31,263 nt of DNA from a virus (IMGVR_UViG_3300005529_000389:1-31263); one strand, 5' to 3'. Numbered from the stretch's first letter, positions 1 to 9,284 are shown. The notes: a model not told the origin generated them from the letters alone. Numbers and translations: made by a program.

Positions 1-122
1 TTGAGTGTGTTGATGAACTCATTGGCCGACGCCGTGAGCTCCTTCAGCTTTTGGTTGCCGGCGTCGAATCCCTTGCTGTCAAGTTCGCTGCCGATCCGGA
101 TCTTGATGAAATTGTCGGGCAT
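1..122 (-). CDS. Tail tape measure protein, N-terminus (runs off window)
   Basis: Hand translation from ATG at 122: MPDNFIKIRIGSELDSKGFDAGNQKLKELTASANEFINTL..., a typical TMP start, directly after the chaperone pair. Confidence 0.75.
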   Translation of the reverse strand, partial: MPDNFIKIRIGSELDSKGFDAGNQKLKELTASANEFINTL

Positions 123-128
123 AAAAAA

Positions 129-329
129 TCAGCGCAATTTTTTGTCGTGCAGCGCGGCCTCGAATTTCAGTTCCTGCTCGCGGCGCCTGGAGATGAGCTC
201 GATGAGCGAAGCGGCATCGACGATCGGAATCCGCGCCGCTTCCTCGGGCGTGCAGCGGTTCTGCACGGCCAGTTCAAAAGTCATTTCGTCGAGCTGCGCG
301 ATTAGTTCCGCGCGGGATCGGCGACGGCT
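129..329 (-). CDS. -1 frame extension of tail assembly chaperone (gpGT-like C-terminal part)
   Basis: The -1 frame after the A9 run is open: SRRRSRAELIAQLDEMTFELAVQNRCTPEEAARIPIVDAASLIELISRRREQELKFEAALHDKKLR, with stop at 129-131 just before the TMP. Confidence 0.75.
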   Translation of the reverse strand, partial: SRRRSRAELIAQLDEMTFELAVQNRCTPEEAARIPIVDAASLIELISRRREQELKFEAALHDKKLR

Positions 330-637
330 TTTTTTTTAAGCATCCGCTGCAGCGCGATCATGTCGTTTGGATCGTAACCGTGGACGTGCGCGAACACCGC
401 CTGCAGGATCTCGCGGCCTTCATCGAGCGTGAGCTCATCCACCGGGAACGCGCCGGCGACGATAATGCGCAGTTGCGCGACGATCCGCGTAAGCGTTTCC
501 GCCGGCGTTTCGTTTTGGTCCGCGTCCGGATCCAGCTCGATGACGGCCGTGATCTGCGCGATCGACGGCGGCGGCAGCATGAACGTGCGGCCGTCCGAAA
601 GCTCGAATTGGAGTTCGCGTGCGCGGCGGAGTTTCAT
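302..637 (-). CDS. Tail assembly chaperone (gpG-like)
   Basis: 111 aa MKLRRARELQFELSDGRTFMLPPPSIAQ..., ATGA overlap with the upstream gene, slippery run near the 3' end, upstream of the TMP. Confidence 0.75.
   Translation of the reverse strand: MKLRRARELQFELSDGRTFMLPPPSIAQITAVIELDPDADQNETPAETLTRIVAQLRIIVAGAFPVDELTLDEGREILQAVFAHVHGYDPNDMIALQRMLKKKAVADPARN
328..340 (-). other. Programmed -1 ribosomal frameshift site (CTT AAA AAA AAA G)
   Basis: A9 run at 329-337 in the chaperone gene with an open -1 frame, in the canonical G/GT position. Confidence 0.75.
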
Positions 638-1764
638 CGGTCGATGCGGACAAATCCCGTTTGGGTCGCGCTGGTGTCGTTCCAAATGGCGCAGCCGTAG
701 CTCACGCCGTCGCTTGAACCTTCATAAACGAATACGCGATCGGCATCGGCGCTGGTGCTCAGCGCGCCGGGGCCGGAGACGGTGACGGCGCTGCTGGTGC
801 CATTCACCACGATCGTGTTTCCGGTCGTAAACCATTTTGTGCCGGTGATCCACCGGAAACCGGGATTGGTCGTAGTTTGATTGGAGCTCACGATCGCGCT
901 GGCACCCGAGCCATCGGTGAGCGTGTCGCCGGCGGAGAGCGTGAGTGTGCCGCTCAGTGAAATATACGGAGCGGACTGATAAATCGTCGTCTTGGTCCCG
1001 ACGTTTCCATTCACGCCATTCGCCCAAAATTTCGAGGAGTCTCCACCTGCGCGGTAGAAGAACAACTCGCAATACTGCTCGCTACTGCGCGTGATCAGCT
1101 CGAGCTTTCCGTCTCGGTTCGAATTAATCGAAAACAATGGGTCGAGCATCACGCTTCCGCGCGAAGCGACAGTCCACGACCATTCGCCGCGGTAGCGAGT
1201 GTTGGAATTTATCGTGGTGCCTGTGAGGAGAACGCCGGTTGTCGAGCTCGTGACCGTCGACACACCGCCGCACATCACCGGATCGTAAAGTAACCGCGAA
1301 TCATTGCCAGCCGCCGCGGTGGTCGACGTCGTGCCGAGTGAAACATTGAGAGTAATCGTCCCGCCGCTGGTGGAGCTGGTCATTGCGGTTCCGGGCGCCG
1401 CGGTAATCACGCTGCCGCCGAGCGCGATCGAGGTTCCGTTGATGGTGATCGTCGAGTTCGTCAAAGACGAATTACCGATGTTCGAGAGCGTGTTGCTCGA
1501 TCCGCTAATCGTCTTGTTCGTGAAAGTTTGGAGAGTGCCTAGGTCGGCAATCGTTCCACTCGGCACGGTCTTGGTTCCCCAGGAATCGATGGTGCTTCCG
1601 TTGGTCAACCCCAATCCCGCCGCCGTGGTGGGAAGCACGAGATTTGGGATCGTGGTGCTGTGGCCGGCGTCGCCGATCGTGTAGCCGTTGAGATCGACGC
1701 GCATCGGGACCTGCGCGCTGGCAAGCCCGGTAAAAATAAAGAAAAAGGAAAGCAGCTTTTTCAT
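634..1764 (-). CDS. Tail-fibre-like protein with N-terminal signal peptide
   Basis: MKKLLSFFFIFTGLASA|QV leader; fibre-type motifs QTFTNKTISGSSNTLSNI, SSLTNSTITINGTSIALGGS, GTTSTTAAAGNDSRL; rich in T/S/G. Confidence 0.7.
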   Translation of the reverse strand: MKKLLSFFFIFTGLASAQVPMRVDLNGYTIGDAGHSTTIPNLVLPTTAAGLGLTNGSTIDSWGTKTVPSGTIADLGTLQTFTNKTISGSSNTLSNIGNSSLTNSTITINGTSIALGGSVITAAPGTAMTSSTSGGTITLNVSLGTTSTTAAAGNDSRLLYDPVMCGGVSTVTSSTTGVLLTGTTINSNTRYRGEWSWTVASRGSVMLDPLFSINSNRDGKLELITRSSEQYCELFFYRAGGDSSKFWANGVNGNVGTKTTIYQSAPYISLSGTLTLSAGDTLTDGSGASAIVSSNQTTTNPGFRWITGTKWFTTGNTIVVNGTSSAVTVSGPGALSTSADADRVFVYEGSSDGVSYGCAIWNDTSATQTGFVRIDR

Positions 1765-1767
1765 AAA

Positions 1768-4083
1768 TCAAAACCCCTTGTTGAACAGCGTCATGCCGTA
1801 GATTGTGCAATCTGCATTCGCAAAGGGATTAGATAAGACATTCGTCTTCACGGTGATTGTTGAGGGAAAGCTCGTTGGTAGTGAGCCGCCGAGTGGCATG
1901 GTCAAAAAGGACTGCGGCGCGCCGAAGAAATCGCCACCGGCGCGTTGCTGCCCAATACGGACCTCCATCCCAACGCCGAGGTCGAGCGCGAGCTGAATTT
2001 TTATATTTTGATATGAAGTTGAGCCGCCGCCCCATGTGATCGGGGCTGAGGTTCCAGTGAGTGTGGTTCCGTTCGCGGTTTGCAGCGTGACATCCGAACT
2101 CGACAGGATGACTGCGAGGCCGGACTCGGAACTAACCAGTCCCGCCGTGCTTCCCGAAACCAACCCGCCCCCTATCGCAAAAGTGTATCTGCGTGGACTG
2201 TCGGGGCTGACGGCTACATTCCACTCGAACATATAGCTTGAAAGACTGTTATCAATGTTTCCACCATCAACGCCGCCGCCGTAGAACTGATAAATGGGCC
2301 AGGTCAAGGCCGCATAGCCGGAAGCCGCGGCACCGGCCTCGGCGCGAAGGGTCATGCCGCCATTGATCTGATTCGAGATAATGAAATGCGTGCCGGAAAC
2401 CGTCGCGCTGCCGCTTTCGAGCGGGATGGCTGTGCTGTGATTTGTTCCCGCGAAAATGCGATTGTCGTTGATCGTCGCCATCGGATAGGTCGCGCGCACC
2501 GTGCCGTCGCCGTTAATGGATTGCACCGGCCCCTCGCTTTGCTGGTCGAGCTGGATGTAAGCGAGCGCGTCATCCGCCGGGTAGTAATCTGCGCGAGCGG
2601 TATGCTGCGCGAGATAGTAACTGCCGCCGGGAAAATGGCATTGGTGCATCGCGATCGGGTTCGTGCCGTAGGAGCGAACGAGAACCGTGCCCGTCGTAAT
2701 GCCGCCGTTGAAATAACAGCCGTTCAAGGTGATGCCAGACGCGCCGCCGCCGCCGCTGCCGGTGATGATCGGCGACACCTGTGGATTTTCAATAAAGACG
2801 CCCTCCAGTAACAACGGCTGGCCGGCATTAAAAATCCCGCCGCACGAATCGAGTTGTCCGCCGCTCCAGACCACCATCCCCTGTCCGCTGGTTACGTAAA
2901 GGCCATAGCCCGCCTGGTTGCCGGTCGGGAATCCATAGCCGCCGAGGTTCGTGTTTTCGAGCCGCAGATTCATCGGCCAATCCGAATAGCAGCTCGCGTT
3001 GCGCGCGCCATCGAGCTGGCTGTGATTCACCTGCGCGTTGAGAACACAGCGCGTGTTCAGGTCGTTGTAGAATCCGTTGATCCACATGTGATCGAGCACG
3101 AGGTCGCTGCCGCCTTCGGCCATGCCTTGAGTCCCCGGAGGGGAATTGGAAGTGCCGGTCGTGTTGATCGCGCGAATGCCGTCGCGCGAGTTAGTGTTCG
3201 TAGTGAGCAGCGCGAAACTGTCGAAGCGGTTGCCGAGCGTGATGTCCACGTTCATCGCGTCGGACGTGCCGGTGTAGCACAGCGCGGTGCCCATCAAATG
3301 GCCTTTCCACGGCGTTGGCGCTTCGGTTGAGCCAAGCGATTGCCCGCGAATCGCGATGCCCGGCGGCACCTGAAGCGTCGTGCCAAAGCTGAATCGCCGG
3401 TAGATGGTCACGCGTCCATTGGTGATGGTCGCATTCGCCGGCGTCGAGAGCGTCGCCTGGCTGCCGCTTGTGACGGCGGTAATGTAAACACCATTATTGC
3501 CGGCGCTGATCCCGCCGCCGTAAACGCTGCTTCCGCTCACGTAAATCCCCACGTCGCTCGCCACAAAATTCGCCTGTGCCGAAATCAGCGTGCTCGAACC
3601 GCTCACCAGCCGCGCATCGGTGATCGTCGTCGCGCTCGGCTGAATGATCAGCTCGCCGGAATTGGTCAACGCCGCGGCATAGAGCATCGCCTGTAATGCT
3701 GTGCTGTTGTCGGTGGTGCCGGTCGCGAGCGTGTAGCTGTTTGAATAAACTGAGTCGTCGAGGTATGAAGCCGGCGTGAGGCCGAATAAGGTTCGCCCTG
3801 CCGCCGCGTCGGAGAGCGTTAATGCACTGCGTCCGAAGCTTGTGGTCGTGAGCGCGGCGATCGCGGTTAAATCGCTGTCGAGCGGCTGATAGATCGACGC
3901 GAGCCCGAGCCGCGTCATGAACGTGCCGGCGTCAACCGGTTGAAACTTGCCGCTCGAGTCCGTCGTCAAAAACGCGCCGAATCCATTCGTGCCGCTGGTC
4001 AGGTTCGACGTGCTGATTGCGACTTGTGCATGCGCGCCGAGTGCGAGCAGTAAAAAAAGAAGTGTTAAACAACGGGATTTCAT
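1768..4083 (-). CDS. Tailspike/fibre protein (fibre repeat plus probable beta-helix) with N-terminal signal peptide
   Basis: Start re-called at ATG 4083 (ATGA overlap): MKSRCLTLLFLLLALGAHA|QV; fibre motif YQPLDSDLTAIAALTTTSFGRSALTLSDAAAGRTLFGL; DNSTALQAML beta-helix entry motif followed by N/G-rich beta repeats. Confidence 0.75.
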   Translation of the reverse strand: MKSRCLTLLFLLLALGAHAQVAISTSNLTSGTNGFGAFLTTDSSGKFQPVDAGTFMTRLGLASIYQPLDSDLTAIAALTTTSFGRSALTLSDAAAGRTLFGLTPASYLDDSVYSNSYTLATGTTDNSTALQAMLYAAALTNSGELIIQPSATTITDARLVSGSSTLISAQANFVASDVGIYVSGSSVYGGGISAGNNGVYITAVTSGSQATLSTPANATITNGRVTIYRRFSFGTTLQVPPGIAIRGQSLGSTEAPTPWKGHLMGTALCYTGTSDAMNVDITLGNRFDSFALLTTNTNSRDGIRAINTTGTSNSPPGTQGMAEGGSDLVLDHMWINGFYNDLNTRCVLNAQVNHSQLDGARNASCYSDWPMNLRLENTNLGGYGFPTGNQAGYGLYVTSGQGMVVWSGGQLDSCGGIFNAGQPLLLEGVFIENPQVSPIITGSGGGGASGITLNGCYFNGGITTGTVLVRSYGTNPIAMHQCHFPGGSYYLAQHTARADYYPADDALAYIQLDQQSEGPVQSINGDGTVRATYPMATINDNRIFAGTNHSTAIPLESGSATVSGTHFIISNQINGGMTLRAEAGAAASGYAALTWPIYQFYGGGVDGGNIDNSLSSYMFEWNVAVSPDSPRRYTFAIGGGLVSGSTAGLVSSESGLAVILSSSDVTLQTANGTTLTGTSAPITWGGGSTSYQNIKIQLALDLGVGMEVRIGQQRAGGDFFGAPQSFLTMPLGGSLPTSFPSTITVKTNVLSNPFANADCTIYGMTLFNKGF

Positions 4084-4952
4084 GCGGGTGCGGTGATCAA
4101 TTTTGCGTTGAGGTAGCCGCCGGCCGTGCCGCTGCCGATGGTCTTGATTTTCGCGCGGACGATGCCGGCGGCGGCGAGCGCGATCGGCGCGCCGAAAATG
4201 GTTTCCTGGTCCTTGTTGCCGGCGGTGAGTGTCGCAGTCGTGCCGGCGATCTCCGCATTCGCGCCGTCGACCAGGCAAAGCGTGAGATTGGATCCGACTG
4301 GCGCGATCTGCGCCGAGAGCTCGACGCCGTAAATCGCGATGCCGACTTTTGCTTTAAAGAAATCGAACACCTGGTTCGCGACCGCGTCGCCGAAAAACAC
4401 CAGCGGCACATAGTCGCGCTGGATGAAGCGCGCATCGGACTCGAGCTTGGAATAGCTCGTGTAATCGGGCGCCTCCGGATCGCCCGCGTCGCCGATGCCG
4501 GGATCCTTGAATGCCGCGTTGCCGGTTGCGATCGGCACCTCGCTGCCGTCGCCGAGCTGCAGCGCGATCGCGAGGTAAAGCGACTTGTTGGCCGCGAGCG
4601 CAAAATTCATGTCGTCGTTACTGAAATGAAACGAGAAATGCTGTGCGGTGTCCGCGGACCATTGGTCAAAGGTAAGCGCGCCATTCATCGCCGCGGCCAC
4701 AACGACCTGGTTGAGTTTTACCGTGCCGCTCGCGCTTTCTTCGCGGCCGATGATTTCCGCGCTCACGACATTCGAAATGTCGTCGATGAAATTTGCCGAC
4801 TTCGACGGGTCCGCCTTGAACACCGCACACTGCACGGAAAGTGCAGCGCTTTTCCACAAACTCAGCGCAGTGCCGCTCAGCTTGTTGATGACGGCGTCGC
4901 GCGAGCTTTGGTTACAGGCGATCCGGACGATGGAAGCGGTGAGCTGGCTCAT
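4080..4952 (-). CDS. Putative baseplate/fibre-anchoring tail protein
   Basis: 290 aa with two beta-rich domains joined by a Pro/Asp linker and YSKLESDARF; lies in the tail module. Confidence 0.5.
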   Translation of the reverse strand: MSQLTASIVRIACNQSSRDAVINKLSGTALSLWKSAALSVQCAVFKADPSKSANFIDDISNVVSAEIIGREESASGTVKLNQVVVAAAMNGALTFDQWSADTAQHFSFHFSNDDMNFALAANKSLYLAIALQLGDGSEVPIATGNAAFKDPGIGDAGDPEAPDYTSYSKLESDARFIQRDYVPLVFFGDAVANQVFDFFKAKVGIAIYGVELSAQIAPVGSNLTLCLVDGANAEIAGTTATLTAGNKDQETIFGAPIALAAAGIVRAKIKTIGSGTAGGYLNAKLITAPA

Positions 4953-4953
4953 A

Positions 4954-5361
4954 TCAGTTGACCTGCAAATTCGCCTGCCCGGCGGTGAGTTGATAACTGA
5001 TCACCGTGCTGGCTCCGGAGAACGTCATGTTCCAACTCGAAAGCGCGACGGCCGTGAAATAAACGACGCCGGTGGTGCCGCCGTCCGGATCCGAGCATGT
5101 GAGCTCGAGCCGGCCGATTTGATTTACGATCGCAATCAAGTGCTGAAAAATAAACAGCTCCGCCGCGCCAGTGTTTGCATGCTCGCGCGAGATGGAAAAG
5201 CTGATCGTGTTCGCCTGGTTCTGCGAGAGCGTCGGCACCGCCTCCGCGCTGCGAATCGCCCGCGAGATCTCGACCTCCGAGCGCCCGTTGAGGCGAAAGT
5301 CGCCGGGCTGCTCCTCCGGCTTGTCGCCGGTGAGCTGGACGCCGTTGAGGACGATCTTCAT
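4954..5361 (-). CDS. Hypothetical tail protein
   Basis: 135 aa beta-rich ORF tightly packed after the tail tube gene. Confidence 0.55.
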   Translation of the reverse strand: MKIVLNGVQLTGDKPEEQPGDFRLNGRSEVEISRAIRSAEAVPTLSQNQANTISFSISREHANTGAAELFIFQHLIAIVNQIGRLELTCSDPDGGTTGVVYFTAVALSSWNMTFSGASTVISYQLTAGQANLQVN

Positions 5362-5376
5362 TCACGGCACGCGGTG

Positions 5377-6342
5377 TTAAACAGTCGCGAGCGTGAAGAG
5401 GCTCTGCAGGGTGCCTGAAGAGCTTTTGCGCAGCGCCATTAAAGTGACCTCGGTAATGCGACCATCCTTGCCGAATGCAAGGCCGCCCTTTGTCGGCGCG
5501 GCGAGCGGAATCGTGAGTTTCGGCATGCCGGCGGCACTGCCGGTGACGGTGAGTTGATCACCGCGGCCGCTCAGCGATTTGCCGCGGACCACGCTCGCGC
5601 CTTCCATCGGGAACATCGTGCGATAGTTCGCGATCGTGAGGTTGAGCGGGCGAAACTTGATCGTCGCCGTGACATCAGTGATCCGGAAATTCACCGTGCC
5701 ACCGCGGCTGGTTTTTACCGGCTCGAGCGAAACCTGCGGCTCGAAGACGATGCCGCTATCGTCCGTCTCGATGACATCGAACGGAGCCGCCGGCGCCGAG
5801 CCCCAGGCGAGCGTGTAACGGTCCGTGAGGATGTCGAGCGGACTGAGTGCCGGCTCGGAGTAGGCGGAGTCTGCGACCGTAAAAAAGTCGCCGGCAGTGC
5901 CACCGCTCGCGCCGTTCTTGACCAGGCACGTGATCTCCGCGGGACCGAACATGGTTTTGTTCGGCGCGAAGGTAATTGACGGCATCTTCGTCAGGCGCGC
6001 CGCCGAGTAGGTGATCGATTGCCCGGCGTCGTTGGTCCCACCGGTCATCGTCTGGATCACGGCCGTCTTGTCGGTGCTCGGGAAAATGAGCGAGCCGATC
6101 ATCGACGGCGTGTAGGGAAACAGTTTCGTAAAGAGCGTCGCGATCGATGCGCCGAACGCGAGCGGCTTGAAATTGATCCTGCCGATCAGATCCTCTGCGC
6201 GCTCGTCCACCGGGCCCTGCAGGTTGGTCTTGATCTGAAATTGCGTCGGCTCATCGGGTGCGGTCCAGTCCTCCTCCATTTGGAGGGTGATGCCGTCGTG
6301 CGTGAGTGTGGCGGGTCCGCCTGGTAAAAGTGCTCGGTCCAT
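5377..6342 (-). CDS. Major tail (tube) protein
   Basis: 321 aa beta-rich protein located after the connector/terminator genes; starts with a GGPA motif like other tube proteins. Confidence 0.65.
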   Translation of the reverse strand: MDRALLPGGPATLTHDGITLQMEEDWTAPDEPTQFQIKTNLQGPVDERAEDLIGRINFKPLAFGASIATLFTKLFPYTPSMIGSLIFPSTDKTAVIQTMTGGTNDAGQSITYSAARLTKMPSITFAPNKTMFGPAEITCLVKNGASGGTAGDFFTVADSAYSEPALSPLDILTDRYTLAWGSAPAAPFDVIETDDSGIVFEPQVSLEPVKTSRGGTVNFRITDVTATIKFRPLNLTIANYRTMFPMEGASVVRGKSLSGRGDQLTVTGSAAGMPKLTIPLAAPTKGGLAFGKDGRITEVTLMALRKSSSGTLQSLFTLATV

Positions 6343-6345
6343 AAA

Positions 6346-6576
6346 TTAGTGTTGAACGGTTGTCGGGACAGCCGGTTTCGGCGTCGCGGGCGCGGCGGAT
6401 TTTTTCTCATCCGCGGCGATTTGTTTCTCGGCTGCCTCGAGCGATTCCCTCCAGCTCGGCTTTTTCTTCAATTCCGGATCGTTGAAGGCGGCGTCGTGCA
6501 GTTTCGAGGCGAGCTCGTGAATCTTCGTTTCACGCGCGACGATTTCCTCGGTGGTGGGTGGTTTTGTTTCGGCCAT
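6346..6576 (-). CDS. Small hypothetical protein
   Basis: 76 aa ORF filling the gap between terminator and tube genes, with an A-rich leader. Confidence 0.6.
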   Translation of the reverse strand: MAETKPPTTEEIVARETKIHELASKLHDAAFNDPELKKKPSWRESLEAAEKQIAADEKKSAAPATPKPAVPTTVQH

Positions 6577-6598
6577 ATTTGTTTGTTTAAACTGCGGT

Positions 6599-7090
6599 TT
6601 ATTGCGCCGGCTGGATCGCCAGCTTGGTGGTAAAGTGCACGTCCCATCCGCTGTAGTTGCCTTCCTTGTCGGCGGATTCTTCGTCGATTTTGCCGACCAG
6701 ATTCAGTTCCATCATCCCGCCCTCATCGGGCACGAGCTGATGGCAAAAACTGTGTGGCGGTTTCCAGAGCTGCAGGGCGGCTTGCGCGCGCGTGGCGAGC
6801 AGGCATGCGCTCTTTCCAGTCTTGTTAAACAACGTGTCCTCGATCGTGCGGACCACCACTTTCACCGGGTCGAGAAAAGGCCGCGTCGTCTGGTAGGCTT
6901 TCGGGATCGCGGACGGGATGAACACGACGACGCACACGCCTTTCAACTGCGCGAGATTGGTCACGATCGCGTTTTGCAGATTGCCGACTTTGCGTGTCAG
7001 CACATCGATGCCGTTAAAATCGGCAAGACCAGAAAGCCGCTCGGCGATCGACTCGCGCAACACCTCGATCTCGCAAAGCGTGTCGCTCAT
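6599..7090 (-). CDS. Putative tail terminator/completion protein (Mu gp37 position)
   Basis: 163 aa, coupled to the gp36-like gene; call rests on synteny. Confidence 0.55.
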   Translation of the reverse strand: MSDTLCEIEVLRESIAERLSGLADFNGIDVLTRKVGNLQNAIVTNLAQLKGVCVVVFIPSAIPKAYQTTRPFLDPVKVVVRTIEDTLFNKTGKSACLLATRAQAALQLWKPPHSFCHQLVPDEGGMMELNLVGKIDEESADKEGNYSGWDVHFTTKLAIQPAQ

Positions 7091-7512
7091 AATCCATCCT
7101 GCTCACAGCGCTGGTCGCGCCGCTGGCGTCCGCTAATGCTCGGGCTCGGTGTCGCTGGCTGATCGGCGGCCGGCGCGGCATCGGGCACGATTCGAAAATT
7201 GCCTTTTGCCACATCGCGCAACAGCGCGAGCGCGTTCTCCGCGGCTTTCTCCCGCTGCGGTGTGATCAGCCGCTTGCTCGGGATTTGCTCGAGGAAGTTC
7301 AGCCGCGCGATCGCGGCCGCGGCGGGTTTGAGCTCGCTTGGGATGGTGCCCTCGGGACCGAGCGGATTTTGCGCGGCGACATAGCCGCGCACCTCATTGG
7401 TGACACTCGCGCAAATCGCCTCGAGCGATTGCGCGTTGGCGACATTCGCGAGGACGAGCTGCTCTTCCTCGGCACTGATACCGATGTCGGAAGTGAGAAG
7501 CGTGATCCACAT
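7087..7512 (-). CDS. Head-tail connector, Mu gp36-like (DUF1320)
   Basis: Motifs VTNEVRGYV, IPSELK..AAAIAR, AENALALLRDVAKG; directly after the capsid gene. Confidence 0.8.
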   Translation of the reverse strand: MWITLLTSDIGISAEEEQLVLANVANAQSLEAICASVTNEVRGYVAAQNPLGPEGTIPSELKPAAAAIARLNFLEQIPSKRLITPQREKAAENALALLRDVAKGNFRIVPDAAPAADQPATPSPSISGRQRRDQRCEQDGL

Positions 7513-7518
7513 GGCTGT

Positions 7519-7573
7519 TTAACAAGAGGGAGCGCGACGGGCGACTTGCGGCACCCGGCGCGCTGTTCCCCTC
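7519..7573 (-). terminator. Stem-loop after capsid gene (probable partial terminator)
   Basis: GAGGG..AGCGCG.CGGG / CCCG.CGCGCT.CCCTC imperfect inverted repeat at 7526-7573, followed on the minus strand by TTGTT. Confidence 0.55.
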
Positions 7574-7608
7574 ACATGACGAAGACTGTCAAAGAACGGC
7601 GGCAGCGA

Positions 7609-8670
7609 CTAAGCGTCGGTGACGTTGTAAAGTTTTCCGGCGGCGGAGTTCGTCACTTCCGGCACGGCATACCAGTCGAACTTGATGACATTGCCGCGCT
7701 GGTCGGTGGTCGGATAACTGCCGGGCACCATGAAGCGGCCGCGGGGCGCAAACGTCTTCATGAAGCTCGGGTCCAGCCGCGTCGGGTTCGGCTTGCCGGC
7801 GAAAACGATCACGTTCGAGTCGAGCACGAAATTGATGTCCTCATCGAGGCCCTCCGCGGCGTCGTCATAAACGCTGTAGGTGGTCTTGCACTCCGGCTCG
7901 GTGAGCAGGAGCGAGCTCGCCATGTCGAGCGAGACCTGCGGGTTTGTGCCGCCCTTCGGGTTGCTGATGAACTTCTTCGTCACCAGCGGATGATTCTTGA
8001 AAATCAGCCAGGCGGTCGCGCCGAACAAAATCCGGATGTTCATCATCGAGCCGCTCTTCGCCGCCTTGAGCACATTGAGGATCGCCTCGTCGAGAAACTT
8101 GATCGGGTCGACGTTGTCAGTCCAGGCCGCGGCGGTGCCTGCACCGAGTGCGCCGAGCGCAGCGTCGACGACTTCTTTTTCCCATGAGAGCGCGCCGACT
8201 TCCGCGGTCATGTCCGCGGCTTCCTTCGCGATGTTCTCGAGATCCTCGGATTCGACCGCGAGCAAATTGTCGATCGGGAAATCGAGCGCGTGCGGCGTCG
8301 CCTGGTAAAGCGCGTCACTCGCGCTGAAGCCGATCTTCGTCGCCTCGCCGCCAAAGGCGCGGACGGTGCGCGGAATGCGAAAACGGTTTTTCTGGTCGTA
8401 TTTTTTGTAACGACCAACGCCGGTGCCGACCGGCACATTCGGCGCGAGGAAGCTTGCGACCTCGAGCATTTTCGTCGCGTCCTGCGCGGCGCCTTGCGCG
8501 TAGTCGCGCAGCATCGGCGAAGAGGCGACGGCGGCGAGTTCCTCGCTGGTCGCGCATATCACGAAACCGTTGCGGACCATGCCGCGAAAGATGAGGGCGC
8601 CGAGCGCCTGCCACAGCGAGCGGCAGAGAGCGGCGACGGCTAAAAGGATTTGAATCAGGGTGAATTTCAT
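7609..8670 (-). CDS. Major capsid protein, with hydrophobic N-terminal extension
   Basis: 353 aa; LRDYAQG, FLAPNVPV..VGRYKKY, PHALDFPID resemble HK97-fold/phage capsid E-type proteins; located between the scaffold/cement genes and gp36. Confidence 0.85.
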   Translation of the reverse strand: MKFTLIQILLAVAALCRSLWQALGALIFRGMVRNGFVICATSEELAAVASSPMLRDYAQGAAQDATKMLEVASFLAPNVPVGTGVGRYKKYDQKNRFRIPRTVRAFGGEATKIGFSASDALYQATPHALDFPIDNLLAVESEDLENIAKEAADMTAEVGALSWEKEVVDAALGALGAGTAAAWTDNVDPIKFLDEAILNVLKAAKSGSMMNIRILFGATAWLIFKNHPLVTKKFISNPKGGTNPQVSLDMASSLLLTEPECKTTYSVYDDAAEGLDEDINFVLDSNVIVFAGKPNPTRLDPSFMKTFAPRGRFMVPGSYPTTDQRGNVIKFDWYAVPEVTNSAAGKLYNVTDA

Positions 8671-8735
8671 ATTTTTGAGCTGCTGGATTTTTGGTGTGTG
8701 TCTGTTTTACAGAGTGTTTTTTGAGGACGGCTTGA

Positions 8736-9284
8736 CTACTGCGAGTAACGCCATTGCACGACGCGGGCGTCGGAGCCGCTGGTCGAGGCGATCGTAAAGC
8801 TGGTGCCGGCGCTGATGGTCACGCCGAGATTGCCGGCGTTCGTGACGCCGACCGGTGTGAGCGAGAAGATCGCGCCCGCGCCGACGTTCGCATCGGTGAC
8901 CGTGACAGTGCCTCCGGAGAGTGTCGCCGTGCCGCTGCGCGTGAGGCTGTAGCCGGTGCCGGCTGTGCCGGTCTTGATCACACCGGTGACAGTGGCGGTG
9001 CCGCTGATCGTGGTCGCGCCGCTCAGCGTTTCGCCGGGAAGCGTGAGGCCGCTCGGGGCGGTGGTGCCGATCGTGATCGTGCCGCTGCCGCTGGTGAACA
9101 CGAGCGCGTTGTTTGCGGTCGGGACTGCGACCCACTGCGCGCCGGTGATAGGCGGAAGCTTGACGGCGTTGGTTCCGGTGCGGATGAGCTCGAGGACGTC
9201 GCCCGCGACTTGCGCGTGCGCGACCGGCTGTGGCGCCGCGGCAAAGGCCGCGACGGCGAGAAGTGCGAGAATGATTTTTTTCAT
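8736..9284 (-). CDS. Head-fibre/decoration-like beta protein with signal peptide
   Basis: MKKIILALLAVAAFAAAPQPVAHA|QV leader; C-terminal SGTATLSGGTVTV...AGTSFTIAST resembles fibre tip domains; inside the head operon. Confidence 0.6.
   Translation of the reverse strand: MKKIILALLAVAAFAAAPQPVAHAQVAGDVLELIRTGTNAVKLPPITGAQWVAVPTANNALVFTSGSGTITIGTTAPSGLTLPGETLSGATTISGTATVTGVIKTGTAGTGYSLTRSGTATLSGGTVTVTDANVGAGAIFSLTPVGVTNAGNLGVTISAGTSFTIASTSGSDARVVQWRYSQ

Noticed and set aside
5377-7090. Contractile tail sheath or tailocin/eCIS
   Set aside because: No sheath-sized gene or sheath motifs are seen, and complete head and packaging genes are present.
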